Assembly: GCA_050248855.1 (NCBI GenBank)
Contig: JBFWRP010000009.1
Location: 32,001-96,000 of the forward strand
Direction: 5' to 3'
DNA from: Planctomycetota bacterium
GTDB taxonomy: Bacteria > Planctomycetota > PLA2 > JAEUHO01
DNA: 64,000 nucleotides
The stretch's first letter is position 1. Each line of letters begins with the position of its first letter. Below are positions 40,565-51,349 of this stretch, in pieces. Both the position numbers and the translations under genes were made by a program. The notes beneath the pieces were generated by a model, which ran no database searches, was not told the DNA's origin, and was given only the letters and a program-made list of their open reading frames with translations.

Positions 40565-42532
40565 TCAGCCGCGCACGACCTCGCGCTCGCACGGCGGAAG
40601 CCCGGCCAGGAGCCACGCCCCGTAGCGGCGCGTGATGGCCCGGGGGTCGAGCAGCGTGACCATCCCGCGGTCATCGCGGCGACGGACCAAGCGCCCGAAG
40701 CCCTGGCGCAGGCGCAGGGCGGCGACGGGCAGCGACACGTCGCGGAAGGCATCGCCGCCGCGCTCTTCGGCCAACCGGTGCCGGGCCTTCTGCAGCGGAT
40801 GCGTCGGCACCTCGAAGGGCAGGCGCGTGATCACGACATGGCGCAACGCGGCTCCCGGCACGTCGACGCCTTGCCAGAAGCTCGCCACGCCGAACAACAC
40901 ACCGCCCGAGGCGCGGAATGCCTCCAGGAGCTGCGGGCGCTCCATGTCGCGCCCCTGGACGTGGAGCGCCCAGCCAGCGGCCGCAATGTCGTCCTCGAGT
41001 GCGCGCGCGGTGCGCTCCAGGCTGCGGACGGAGGTGAACAGCACCAGGGCGCCGCCGTCCGTGCGGCGCAGCGCCTCGAGCACGGCGGCCGGCAGCGCGT
41101 CCTCGAACTGTCGGGGCTCGCGCACGGGATCCGGCAAGTCCGCGCGCACGACGAGGCGCACCAGCTGGCGGTAGTCGAACGGGCTGCCGATGCACACCTC
41201 GAGCGGCGACGGGACCCCGAGGCGTGTCCGCACGATCTCGAAGGAAGGCGGGTCGCCCGAAGCCAGGGTCGCGGAGGCGAGCACCACGCTGGGCACCGCC
41301 TGGAACAGCACCTCGCCCAGTACGGGAGCGACATCCACCGGCGACTGGCACAGCGTCGCGCCATCGCCCGGCCCCGCCTCGATCCAGCGCACGTGACCGT
41401 CCATCTCGCCGCGGGCCACGACGCGCAACGCCTCGCCCAGGTCGCGCAGCGAGCGTGCGCGCGAGATCACCTCCAGGCGGCGACCGATGTCGGCGACGGC
41501 CTTCGACGCTTCTTCGAGCGCCGAGGCGAGATCGAGGAAGCCCTCGGAGAGCTCCTCGTCGAGCATGTCGCCGACCTCCAGGCCCCGCAGGCCCTCGGCG
41601 CCTGCGTAGTCGGCCCAGGCGGCAAAGCGCTGCCGAGCCGCCGCGCGCAGCTGACCCACGTCGCCCTTGAGGTCGGCCAGCGCGGGATGCCCGAGGAGGC
41701 CCTTGCGGCGCGTGCCCGACCACAGGCGGCCCAGGACCTGGCGCACGCCCACGGACCCGACGCGGACCCCCAGGTGCTGGCAGGCGACATCCTCCAGGTC
41801 GTGGGCTTCGTCGATGACGAGCGCCGCCACGTCAGGCAGGAACGAGTGACCCGCACGGCGCAGCGCGAGGTCGGCCAGCAGCACGTGGTGGTTGAGCACG
41901 AGCAGCCGTGCCTGGGCGGCGCGCCGGCGGCTGGCCTGCCAAGCGCAGCGCTCGTAGTGCTCGCACGCCCGGCCCAGGCAGTTGCCCGACTCCGCGCGGA
42001 CGCGCTCCCAGACCTCCCCTCGCGGACGAAACGGCAAGGCCTGCCGGCTGCCGTCGTGCGAGCCGTCGGCCCAGGCGGCGATGGCGCGCAGCTGCTCGAG
42101 GGCCTCGTCGGCGACGAGGGCGCCCTGCTCGTCTTCCAGCGCGAGGTCCATGCGCCGACGGCAGAGGTAGTTGCCGCGGCCCTTGACCAGCGTGAAGTCG
42201 ACGGGGAAGGGCAGGGCCCGCGCGAGGAGGGGCAGGTCCTTGCGAACCAGCTGCTCCTGCAGCGCGATCGTGCTCGTGGCGACGGCGACGGTGACGCCGT
42301 GCTCGGCGGCGTAGCGGAGCAGCGGCACCAGGTAGGCGTAGGACTTGCCGACGCCCGTGCCGGCCTCCACGAGGGCGTGCCGGCCCTCCCCCAGCGCCCG
42401 TTCGACGGCAGCCGCCATCACGAGCTGCTGCGGGCGGTGCTCGTAGGCGGCCGCGCCCCCGGGGTGCAGGGCGGCCAGCGGCCCGTCGGGGCCGAGCAGG
42501 CGCTGGAGCGAGGAGGGGGGCAGGGAGGTCAT
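40565..42532 (-). CDS. DinG/YoaA-family ATP-dependent helicase
   Basis: EAGTGVGKS, KGRGNYLC, Fe-S cysteines, DEAH, SATL, FWQGVD, QGFGRLVR. Confidence 0.92.
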   Translation of the reverse strand: MTSLPPSSLQRLLGPDGPLAALHPGGAAAYEHRPQQLVMAAAVERALGEGRHALVEAGTGVGKSYAYLVPLLRYAAEHGVTVAVATSTIALQEQLVRKDLPLLARALPFPVDFTLVKGRGNYLCRRRMDLALEDEQGALVADEALEQLRAIAAWADGSHDGSRQALPFRPRGEVWERVRAESGNCLGRACEHYERCAWQASRRRAAQARLLVLNHHVLLADLALRRAGHSFLPDVAALVIDEAHDLEDVACQHLGVRVGSVGVRQVLGRLWSGTRRKGLLGHPALADLKGDVGQLRAAARQRFAAWADYAGAEGLRGLEVGDMLDEELSEGFLDLASALEEASKAVADIGRRLEVISRARSLRDLGEALRVVARGEMDGHVRWIEAGPGDGATLCQSPVDVAPVLGEVLFQAVPSVVLASATLASGDPPSFEIVRTRLGVPSPLEVCIGSPFDYRQLVRLVVRADLPDPVREPRQFEDALPAAVLEALRRTDGGALVLFTSVRSLERTARALEDDIAAAGWALHVQGRDMERPQLLEAFRASGGVLFGVASFWQGVDVPGAALRHVVITRLPFEVPTHPLQKARHRLAEERGGDAFRDVSLPVAALRLRQGFGRLVRRRDDRGMVTLLDPRAITRRYGAWLLAGLPPCEREVVRG

Positions 42533-42600
42533 CGTCGACGAGGTGGCGCCCGGCCTGCGACCGGCTATCCTACGGATCGCCTGGGAGGAGGCACGCGCCC

Positions 42601-43215
42601 ATGATCCGTATCGCCTTGGCCGCGCTGGCCGTCACGTGCCTGGCCGGTTGCTCGAACAGCATGTCCGAACGGACGGGCCAAGCGGGCTTCACGGACCGCG
42701 CTCCGCTCGTCGAGCCCCTGGCCAGCCGCATCGACCGCGGCGGCTGGATGGTGAGCCAGCAGAGCAAGGTGTTCAAGGTCTACGAGTCGCAGATGGGGCT
42801 GCCCGAGCGGCACGTCGGCTACGTCCTGGACAACCGCTACAAGCAGGTCCGCGGCGGCCCGGCCTTTCCGATGCAGGTCGTGACCACGCTCGACCGGAAC
42901 GACCAGATCGGTCACGTCGACTCGCTGGGTCGGGCCGTGCGCTACGAGCCGCAGCGCGACGGCACGTTCCGCAACGAGCCGGTCGGGACCGGCACGCTCG
43001 CGGACGGCGTCGCGGCGATCTTCGGCACCAGCCGGCCCGTGCGGCTCGAGGCGGTCAGCGAGCGTCGCTTGGCGTTCGAGGCCCTCGACGTGAACGGCGA
43101 CGGTCTCCTCGTGCCGGAGGAGACGGCTTCGTTCGGTCACCGCATCCAGGGTGCCGACACCAACGGCGACGGTGGCGTCGACTTCGAGGAGTTCGACATC
43201 GTCGACACCTTGTAG
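42601..43215 (+). CDS. Lipoprotein with two C-terminal EF-hand motifs
   Basis: GGAGG RBS, lipobox LAGC, DVNGDGLLVPEE and DTNGDGGVDFEEF. Confidence 0.8.
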   Translation: MIRIALAALAVTCLAGCSNSMSERTGQAGFTDRAPLVEPLASRIDRGGWMVSQQSKVFKVYESQMGLPERHVGYVLDNRYKQVRGGPAFPMQVVTTLDRNDQIGHVDSLGRAVRYEPQRDGTFRNEPVGTGTLADGVAAIFGTSRPVRLEAVSERRLAFEALDVNGDGLLVPEETASFGHRIQGADTNGDGGVDFEEFDIVDTL

Positions 43216-43232
43216 CGCGCGCCCTGCGGTCG

Positions 43233-43715
43233 CTACGTGAGGAACCCCTCGCTGTCGTCCAGCGGCTCCGGCTCGTCGGGCATCACCTCGTCCGGCCCCG
43301 CGGGCGCATGCTCCTTGCGCGCGGCGTCGGCCCAGAGAAGCTCCAGGTCGTAGTGCGCACGCGTGGCCGCGTCGAAGAGGTGCAGGACGACGTCCACGTA
43401 GTCGAGGCAGATCCAGCTGCCCTCCTCCATCCCGCTGCGCGAGAGCGGCTGGATGCCGTGCTCGCGCTTGAGGCGCGTGATCACGTGGCGTGCGATCGCC
43501 TGGTTCTGGCGCCTGCTGCGCCCCGTGACCAGCAGCAGGTGGTCCATGTACTCGACGAGCGGACGCACGTCGAGCGACACCATGTCCTCGCCGCGCCGCT
43601 CGCGGCATGCCGCCACGAGGACCTCGAGCAAGGCGTCGCCGCGCAGCGCGCGCGGTTCGGCGCGCGCGGCCTGCCGCTCGGCACTGACGGGAGCACGGGG
43701 GTCCTGGGCGTTCAT
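43233..43715 (-). CDS. rsfS: Ribosome silencing factor
   Basis: WICLDYVDVVLHLF....RAHYDLELLWADA. Confidence 0.9.
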   Translation of the reverse strand: MNAQDPRAPVSAERQAARAEPRALRGDALLEVLVAACRERRGEDMVSLDVRPLVEYMDHLLLVTGRSRRQNQAIARHVITRLKREHGIQPLSRSGMEEGSWICLDYVDVVLHLFDAATRAHYDLELLWADAARKEHAPAGPDEVMPDEPEPLDDSEGFLT

Positions 43716-43784
43716 GGGGGTCTCGGGCGTCTCTCGAAGGGCGGACGAGGGTAGCGGAGGGGTGCCCTGGAGGGACGTCTTGGC

Positions 43785-44666
43785 TCACCGCGGGCGGCGG
43801 AGAGCGGCCTTCAGGGCCTCGAGCGCCCGGCTCTCGCCGGTCGCGGCGGCGAAGGCCTCCACGGCGGCCGGCGCCTCCGGAGCGCCCGCCACGAGCAGCC
43901 GGACGCAGCGAAGCCCCTCGCGGAGTACCTCGTCCATGCGCAGCTGCCCCCCCGGACGGCCCAGCTCCCCATCCCAGGGCACGTCCGCCAGCTGCGCGAG
44001 GAGCGGTTGGCGCAGGGCCAGCACCTCCTCGCCGTCGGCCAGCACCTTGTCGCGCACGGTCGCGTCCCCCTCGGCGTGGGCCTGGGCGGCCACCTCGATG
44101 GCGAGGTACGGAAGCGCACGCAGGTGCAGGAGCTCGAGCGGCGCCGCGGGGAGCCGCCCCGTCTCGCGGGCGGCGGCAACGAGCCATCCGAGGGCGACGC
44201 GCTCGGGCCGTGGCCAGCGCGAGCGAAGCGCCTCGTAGACGTCGGGCGCCACGAAGCGCGTCGTCAACAGCAGCCGCGCGGCCACCTCCTGCAGCCGTGC
44301 CTTGTGCGTGCGCCGTCGCCACGTGGCCTCGAGCTCGTCGAGCAACGCCACGAGCGCGGCGTGACGCGAGGCGACGTCGGGCACTTGCAGGACCACGTCG
44401 TAGCGCGCCTCCGCGACGTACGCCGCGGCCGCATCGTCGTCAGGATCGAGCTCGAGCACCAGCTCGTAGAGGTCCGCGGCGTCGTCACGACGGCCGGCCC
44501 GGCGGGCGGCCTCGGCCTGCAGGAACAGCGCGTCGATGACGGCGACGCGCAAGCCTCCGAGGCTGCGCGCGAACCCGGCCAGCGTTCCGCCGGCGACCGG
44601 CGCGGGCTCCGGCGCCACGGCCACGGCCGCAGCCAGCAAGGCGAGGGCGAGGCCGAGTCGCTTCAT
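43785..44666 (-). CDS. Hypothetical exported helical protein associated with ABC module
   Basis: Signal peptide, LGGLR.....ALFLQA and TPR-like helices. ATGA-coupled to the permease. Confidence 0.65.
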   Translation of the reverse strand: MKRLGLALALLAAAVAVAPEPAPVAGGTLAGFARSLGGLRVAVIDALFLQAEAARRAGRRDDAADLYELVLELDPDDDAAAAYVAEARYDVVLQVPDVASRHAALVALLDELEATWRRRTHKARLQEVAARLLLTTRFVAPDVYEALRSRWPRPERVALGWLVAAARETGRLPAAPLELLHLRALPYLAIEVAAQAHAEGDATVRDKVLADGEEVLALRQPLLAQLADVPWDGELGRPGGQLRMDEVLREGLRCVRLLVAGAPEAPAAVEAFAAATGESRALEALKAALRRPR

Positions 44667-45778
44667 GCGTCGCTCCCCGTTTCGCCGCCAGGCAACGCCA
44701 CGAGCACGAAACCCACGGCGAGGTACAGCAGCGAACCACCTGCCCCTTCGAGCAGGGCGTCGGGGACGCGACCCTCGAGCAGCGCCCGGGCCGCTGCGAC
44801 GAGGCCGAGGTCGGGGGCCAGCGCCGTGACGCCCTCGAGCACGCTGCGCGCCCAGTCGGCGGTGCGCGTGTCGGCGACGAGCGCGAGGAGGGGACGCCCG
44901 ACGGCGCCGACCAGCAGCAGGCACGCCGTGAGCCCCGCGGCCGTCGGCGCCGAGGTGAAGCGCGCCGCGAACACGGCCCAGGGGACCACGCTGGCCACGG
45001 CCAGGCCCACGGCCAGCGCGAAGAGCAGCGGGACCTCGGCGGCCGGCAGCCCGGCCGGCGCGAGGAGGCGCGCGCTGCGGATGCGCAGGTGCACGTCCTC
45101 GGAGCGGGAGGCCAGCTGCACGACGTCGATGCCCGGCGGAACGTCCAGCGCGAGGACGCCCCGGACCGGAACCGTGAGCCGCGTCGCCTCGCCCGCGCCG
45201 CCGGTGCGCAGGTCGAGCTGGACGGCCCGCGGACTCGCCTCGAACGAGAGCAGCACCGGGCGCAGGTCGAGGACGAGGCGGCGTGGCAGGGCCGCTGGCG
45301 CGAACGCGATATCGGCGGGCGTGGGCTCTCCCTGGCGGAGCGCGCGCACGAGCTGCGGTGCGCGGGGTGGCGCGCCGACGTCGCGGTCGAGCCGCGGGAG
45401 CCCCGGGCCCAGCGCCAGGGCCACGGTCAGGACGCCGCCGGCGACGAGCGCCGCGAGGCCGATACGGGCGACGCCGGCCGCGGCCGCCGAGACCCGGTGC
45501 GCCATGGCCGACGGCGCCAAGGTGCCGAGCCACATGCGCCGTCCTTCGCGGCGATCCGCGGGGAGCACGGCAGCTGCCGAGGCGGCTTGGGCAGCCGCCA
45601 GCAGCGCGAAGAGCGCGAGCCCGCCCGAGAGGCCCCGCGCAGGCCCCCCCATGCCGCCGCTCGTGGCGATGGCGACGAGCGCCAGGGCCGCGATGCCCAG
45701 CGCGACCCGCGCGCCGAAGCCCGGCGCACGTCGGGCCTCCCGCAGGTGGCGGCCGACCAAGACGGCCCAGCTGGTCAC
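44663..45778 (-). CDS. ABC-2-type permease-like membrane protein
   Basis: Multiple TM helices around a soluble loop. Overlaps the ATPase gene. Confidence 0.65.
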   Translation of the reverse strand: MTSWAVLVGRHLREARRAPGFGARVALGIAALALVAIATSGGMGGPARGLSGGLALFALLAAAQAASAAAVLPADRREGRRMWLGTLAPSAMAHRVSAAAAGVARIGLAALVAGGVLTVALALGPGLPRLDRDVGAPPRAPQLVRALRQGEPTPADIAFAPAALPRRLVLDLRPVLLSFEASPRAVQLDLRTGGAGEATRLTVPVRGVLALDVPPGIDVVQLASRSEDVHLRIRSARLLAPAGLPAAEVPLLFALAVGLAVASVVPWAVFAARFTSAPTAAGLTACLLLVGAVGRPLLALVADTRTADWARSVLEGVTALAPDLGLVAAARALLEGRVPDALLEGAGGSLLYLAVGFVLVALPGGETGSDA

Positions 45779-46548
45779 GATGGCGTGTCCGCAGCGCGGC
45801 GGAACAGCGGGCCGAGCGAAGCCGAGCGGTCACCGGCGAGCAACAGGGCCGGCGTGCCCTCGAGGGCCACCTGGCCCCGGGCCAAGGCCACCACGCGCTG
45901 GCAGCCCTGTTCGACGGTGACGCGCTCGTGCGTGGACACGAGCACGCCGCCGCCACGGGCGACATGGGCCGCCACCACGCGCAAGACGTCGTCGACGCCA
46001 TCGGGGTCGAGGCCCGACGTGGGCTCGTCGAGCACGAGCAGACGCGGCTCCGCGACGGCGGCCGCGGCCAGGGCCAGGCGCCGCGCCATGCCTCGCGAGT
46101 AGCCGCCCACGGCCCGGTCGTGCGCCGTGGTCTCGAGCCCGACGGCATCGAGCATCGACGCGACGCGCGCCTTGCGCTCGGCGCGGGGCCCCACGCCCTG
46201 CAGGCGCGCGAACAAGTCGACGGTCTCGCGACCCGTGAGGCGCCCGAAGCGTCGCGCCTCCTCGGGTACGAAGCCCGTCGCCGCGCGGGCGGCACGCCGC
46301 CCCGGTGCGCCCCCGAGGACGTGGACGGTGCCGGCTCGCGGACGGACCAGACCCAGCACGAGCCGGAGCGTCGTGCTCTTGCCACTGCCGTTGGGCCCTA
46401 CGAGCGCCACGCACTCGCCGGCGCGGACGTCGAGCGTGGCGCCGCAGAGGGCGTGCACGACGCGCCGACCGCGTCCGTAGTCGACGTGCGCATCGCGCAC
46501 GTCCACGAGCAGGTCGCTGCTCCCCAGGCTGCCGGGTCCCGCCGTCAT
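45775..46548 (-). CDS. ABC transporter ATP-binding protein
   Basis: GPNGSGKS, YSRGMARR, LVLDEPT, STH. Confidence 0.92.
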   Translation of the reverse strand: MTAGPGSLGSSDLLVDVRDAHVDYGRGRRVVHALCGATLDVRAGECVALVGPNGSGKSTTLRLVLGLVRPRAGTVHVLGGAPGRRAARAATGFVPEEARRFGRLTGRETVDLFARLQGVGPRAERKARVASMLDAVGLETTAHDRAVGGYSRGMARRLALAAAAVAEPRLLVLDEPTSGLDPDGVDDVLRVVAAHVARGGGVLVSTHERVTVEQGCQRVVALARGQVALEGTPALLLAGDRSASLGPLFRRAADTPS

Positions 46549-46615
46549 CGCGCCAAGCCTACGGGCGGCGCCCCTTCGCGTGACCGGGCTTCCCCCGCGG
46601 CCGTGGCCTCCTGCG

Positions 46616-46975
46616 ATGTCCACGCCGATCGAGCCTCTTGCCCACGCCCGGCGCGAGCGCGCCGCCCGGGCGGGGGAGACCGCCCTCGCCCTCGTGCTTG
46701 CCCTGCGCCTGGGCGGCGGACTCGTGGATGCGCTGGGCGGCCCCTCGAGGCGCGACGTGGCGCGCCAGCCCGCGCCCCGCGTGCTGCGGCTGGGCACCAC
46801 CTCGCGCGACGAGCTGCAGTGGCTGCCGGGAATGGGCCCCGCACGCGCGGCCGCGGTGGTCGCGGCACGTCCCGATCCGGGCACGCCGTGGAGCTGGGAC
46901 GACGTCCTCCGGGTCCGCGGGATCGGGCCCCACACGGTCGCCCGCTGGCAGCGTCTCGCAGGGGTTGCCCCGTAG
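46616..46975 (+). CDS. ComEA-like helix-hairpin-helix protein
   Basis: TM helix, ELQWLPGMGP and VRGIGP. Confidence 0.75.
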   Translation: MSTPIEPLAHARRERAARAGETALALVLALRLGGGLVDALGGPSRRDVARQPAPRVLRLGTTSRDELQWLPGMGPARAAAVVAARPDPGTPWSWDDVLRVRGIGPHTVARWQRLAGVAP

Positions 46976-47009
46976 CCGACGTGCGGTTCGCGGCGAGTAG
47001 CATCCGCCC

Positions 47010-47906
47010 ATGTCCGACGACGCTCTCGATCCCGCTGCGTTCACCTCGTTCCTGGAGCTCGCTCTGGCCGAGGACCGGGCGCGGGAGGACGTCACCGCAG
47101 CGGCGCTGCTCGACGGGGAGGGAGCGGTCCGCACGGCCGAGGTCCTCGCGCGCGAGGAAGGCGTCATCGCCGGACTGCCCTTGCTGGAGCCCCTGTTCCG
47201 CCTGCTGGACCCGACGGCGCGCGTCGAGCTGCTGCTCGAGGACGGTGCTCGCGTTGCGGGCACGACGCTGTTGGCCCGCGTGACGGCTTCCTCGCGTGCG
47301 CTCCTCGCCGGCGAGCGCACGGCCCTCAACCTGCTCCAGCGCCTGTCCGGCATCGCGACCAAGACCGCCGCCTTCGTGGAGGCCACGATGGCGACGGGCG
47401 TGCGCATCTACGACACGCGCAAGACCACGCCGGGGCTCCGGCACCTGGAGAAGTACGCGGTGCGCTGCGGCGGAGGCGTCAACCACCGCATGGACCTCGC
47501 CGCCGCCGCGATGATCAAGGAGAACCACCTCGTGGCGGCGCATGGGCGGCGTGGCCCCGAGGCCATCGCCGCGGCCGTCCGCTCCTGCTTCGCGGCCCTG
47601 CGCGACGACCAGCTGCTCTACGTCGAGGTGGAAACGCTGGACGAGCTGGACGCCGTGCTCGACGCCTCCGCCGGGCGGCGCCAGCGCGTCGTGGTGATGC
47701 TCGACGATTTCGAGATCGGCGACATTCGTGCCGCCGTGCGCCGCGTGCGCGCGCTGGACGCCGACCGCCCCGCGCTCGAGGCCACCGGCGGCGTCAAGCT
47801 CGAGACCATCGAGGCCCTGGCCTCGACGGGCGTGTCCCGGCTCAGCTCGGGCGCGATCACCCACAGTGCCAAGGCGCTGGACATCGCGCTCAAGATCCGC
47901 GCCTGA
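47010..47906 (+). CDS. nadC: Nicotinate-nucleotide pyrophosphorylase (quinolinate phosphoribosyltransferase)
   Basis: GERTALNLLQRLSGIAT, DTRKTTPG, HR, IKENH, EVE, MLDD, TGG. Confidence 0.95.
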   Translation: MSDDALDPAAFTSFLELALAEDRAREDVTAAALLDGEGAVRTAEVLAREEGVIAGLPLLEPLFRLLDPTARVELLLEDGARVAGTTLLARVTASSRALLAGERTALNLLQRLSGIATKTAAFVEATMATGVRIYDTRKTTPGLRHLEKYAVRCGGGVNHRMDLAAAAMIKENHLVAAHGRRGPEAIAAAVRSCFAALRDDQLLYVEVETLDELDAVLDASAGRRQRVVVMLDDFEIGDIRAAVRRVRALDADRPALEATGGVKLETIEALASTGVSRLSSGAITHSAKALDIALKIRA

Positions 47907-47913
47907 GCCGGGA

Positions 47914-48418
47914 TCAGCTCCCCCACCACCCCAAAGCCACGTCGCGCCCGATGACCTGGGCGAGGACGGGCAGGTCTTGCCGGGCCTGGAGCACGTCGTT
48001 CTCGTCGATCTCGAGGATCGGCTTCCAGAACCGTGGGCGGAGGATGAACAGGAGCCCGTGCTGCAGGCTGCACTCGATGACCCAGCGGCGGTGCGTGGTG
48101 CGGTTGGCCATCTCGAGGCTGGTCAGCAGCCGCTCGAGATGCGGGAGCGCGCCCTTGGCCAGGCGCAGGAACACGAACGGGTACTCCGCCGTGCCGGGCC
48201 GGCCGGCGCTGGCCTGGTCCACGCGGAAGAGCGGCACGCGCTCCAGGGCGCGCACCAGCGGGTAGACGAGCGGGTCGATGCCACGATCCAGCGCCTCCTG
48301 GCGCTCGTCGAGCTGGCGGCGGAGGTCGGCGTCGCCCTGCACCTCGCCGCAAAGCCCGCACACGGAGACGTCGACGCCCGCAACGCGCGACGACTCGAAG
48401 GTGTGGCTGCCGCAGGAC

Positions 48419-48432
<14 letters not shown>
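47914..48432 (-). CDS. Hypothetical protein with N-terminal zinc ribbon
   Basis: CESC...CGLC followed by a GIDPLVYPLVRALE domain. Overlaps the dapF end. Confidence 0.7.
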
Positions 48433-49252
<820 letters not shown>

Positions 49253-49369
49253 GCCGCGAGGATGCCCCGGACTGGTCGCACGAGGAAGCGGTCAAGCCCC
49301 CGGAGGCCTCGTCCGATAGGAAGCGAACGGGATCGTGGGGAGGGTGCACCCCCAAGAGGTCTGCACCGG

Positions 49370-49678
49370 ATGGTCTCCCTTTCCTCTCCGCATGGTGATC
49401 CCCTGGCCATCGAGGTGCCGGGCCACGTCCTGACCGCGCGGCCGCCTGCCCTGGCCGGTCACCATGCGTCCCTGCCCTTGGCCCAGGCGCCGCGGCCGCG
49501 CGACGAGCTCGCCGTGCTGCTCCATTGGCAAGAGGGGGCACCCACGGAGCTCGCGACACGCGTCGCGGCCATCGACGACGGCGGTCTCGTGCACGTGGAC
49601 GTGCTGGGCGTCAGCGGGGCTTGGCAGCCTTGGCTCGCCTGGCTCGGGCACCGGACCCTCGGTGAGGTTACCCCCTGA
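49370..49678 (+). CDS. Small hypothetical protein (possibly PilZ-like beta domain)
   Basis: ORF of about 102 aa with coding-like codon usage, divergent from dapF. Confidence 0.4.
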   Translation: MVSLSSPHGDPLAIEVPGHVLTARPPALAGHHASLPLAQAPRPRDELAVLLHWQEGAPTELATRVAAIDDGGLVHVDVLGVSGAWQPWLAWLGHRTLGEVTP

Positions 49679-49686
49679 CCTGCGTA

Positions 49687-49793
49687 CGTGCGGCTCGCCA
49701 GATGCTCGGTCCCGCACCAGCATCGGCTCCTCGAGTGAACAGACCACGAGTCGTCGCCGATGCTGGCGCGCTACCGTCGCCCTGGCGACCCGG
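49687..49793. repeat. Dispersed structured intergenic element, copy 1
   Basis: Aligns without gaps to 55445-55551. 42-bp identical core at 49721-49762. Confidence 0.9.
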
Positions 49794-49979
49794 TGCGCGT
49801 TGGTGGCGACTCGATTCCGACGGAGCGGTCACTCCGCGCCGCCGCGTAGCCCAGGGGCGTGGCCCCCACGAGATGCGGCGGCCTCCCTCGGCACGTCAGG
49901 GCCCGGCCGTACTGGCGGCTGGTAGCATCCGGCCCCGGTAGCCGGCGGGTCGGCTCCGCCAAGCCCCCCCGAGGCCTCC

Positions 49980-50720
49980 ATGACCAGCGCCGACGCGCCG
50001 CGCCACGACGGCCGCCGCCCCCACGAGCTCCGCCCGATCGAGATCACGCGCGGATTCACCGAGGCGGCGCCGGGGTCCGTCCTCTACCGGTGCGGCCGGA
50101 CCATCGTGTTCGTGACGGCCAGCATCGAGGAGCGGGTGCCGGGCTGGATGATGGGCCGTGGCAAGGGCTGGCTCACGGCCGAGTACTCGATGCTCCCGGG
50201 CTCGGGGACCACGCGCAAGCCGCGTGATCGGGGGACCGGTCGCGTCGACGGACGCACGCACGAGATCCAGCGCCTCGTCGGACGCTCGCTGCGCGCGGTC
50301 ACGGACCTGGCGGCCTTCGGCGAGCGCACCGTGTGGCTGGACTGCGACGTGCTGCAGGCCGACGGCGGCACGCGGACTGCCTGCATCAACGCGGCCTACG
50401 TGGCGCTCTGCGATGCGCTCAAGACCTACCCGTTCAAGAAGCCGCTGGCCCGCTGGCCCGTTTCCGAGGCGGTCGGGGCGATCAGCGTGGGTGTCGTGGG
50501 CGGGCAGGTCGTGACCGATCTCGACTACCACGAGGACCACCGCGCCGACGTGGACATGAACGTCGTGATGACGGCCTCGGGACGCTTCCTGGAGGTCCAG
50601 GGCACGGGGGAGGCGCGGCCCTTCGATCGCGCCGAGCTGGACGGCCTCCTCGAGCATGGACGTCTCGGCGTCGAAGGCGTCATCGAAGCTTGTCGGCAGG
50701 CCCTGGCGGCGCCGGCGTGA
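49980..50720 (+). CDS. rph: Ribonuclease PH
   Basis: GWLTAEYSMLP, EIQRLVGRSLR, DVLQADGGTRTA, DLDY.ED, EVQGTGE. Confidence 0.97.
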   Translation: MTSADAPRHDGRRPHELRPIEITRGFTEAAPGSVLYRCGRTIVFVTASIEERVPGWMMGRGKGWLTAEYSMLPGSGTTRKPRDRGTGRVDGRTHEIQRLVGRSLRAVTDLAAFGERTVWLDCDVLQADGGTRTACINAAYVALCDALKTYPFKKPLARWPVSEAVGAISVGVVGGQVVTDLDYHEDHRADVDMNVVMTASGRFLEVQGTGEARPFDRAELDGLLEHGRLGVEGVIEACRQALAAPA

Positions 50721-51325
50721 CACGCCGGTTGCTGGTCGCCTCGACGAATGCCCACAAGGTCGCCGAGATCCGGGCCCTCCTGGAGCCGCTGGGGTTCGAG
50801 GTCCTGACGGGCACCGGCCTGCCGGAGGTCGTGGAAGACGGCGAAACGTTCGCGGAGAACGCACGCCTGAAGGCCCGGAGCGCCGCCGCGGCGACGGGCG
50901 AGCTGGCGTTGGCCGACGACTCCGGGCTGGCCGTCGAGGCACTCCGCGGCGAGCCCGGCGTCCGCTCGGCGCGCTACGCGGGCGAGGGAGCCACCGACGC
51001 CGCGAACAACCGCCTGCTCGTGGAGCGCCTGGAGTCCTTGGGCCTCGTCGAGGCGCCCGCGACGTTCGTGTGCGCCATGTGCGTCGCTGCGCCGGACGGG
51101 ACGATCGTGGCCGAGACCCTGGGGCGCGCCGAGGGCATCGTGCGCTGGCCCGCCGCAGGCGCTGGAGGCTTTGGCTACGACCCGCTGTTCTTCCACCCGC
51201 CCAGCGGTAGACGCTTCTCGGAGCTCTCGCAGGACGCCAAGGGGGCGGTCAGCCACCGCGGACAGGCCCTGCGGGCGCTTGCACGCCTTCTCGAGGGCAC
51301 ACCGGATACCCGCCTCGACCCTTGA
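50717..51325 (+). CDS. rdgB: Non-canonical purine NTP pyrophosphatase
   Basis: ASTNAHK..E, TF.ENA..KA, ADDSGL, PGVRSARYAG, GFGYDPLF, SHRG. Confidence 0.95.
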   Translation: MTRRLLVASTNAHKVAEIRALLEPLGFEVLTGTGLPEVVEDGETFAENARLKARSAAAATGELALADDSGLAVEALRGEPGVRSARYAGEGATDAANNRLLVERLESLGLVEAPATFVCAMCVAAPDGTIVAETLGRAEGIVRWPAAGAGGFGYDPLFFHPPSGRRFSELSQDAKGAVSHRGQALRALARLLEGTPDTRLDP

Positions 51326-51349
51326 GCAGCGTCCCTACAATCGCGCCCC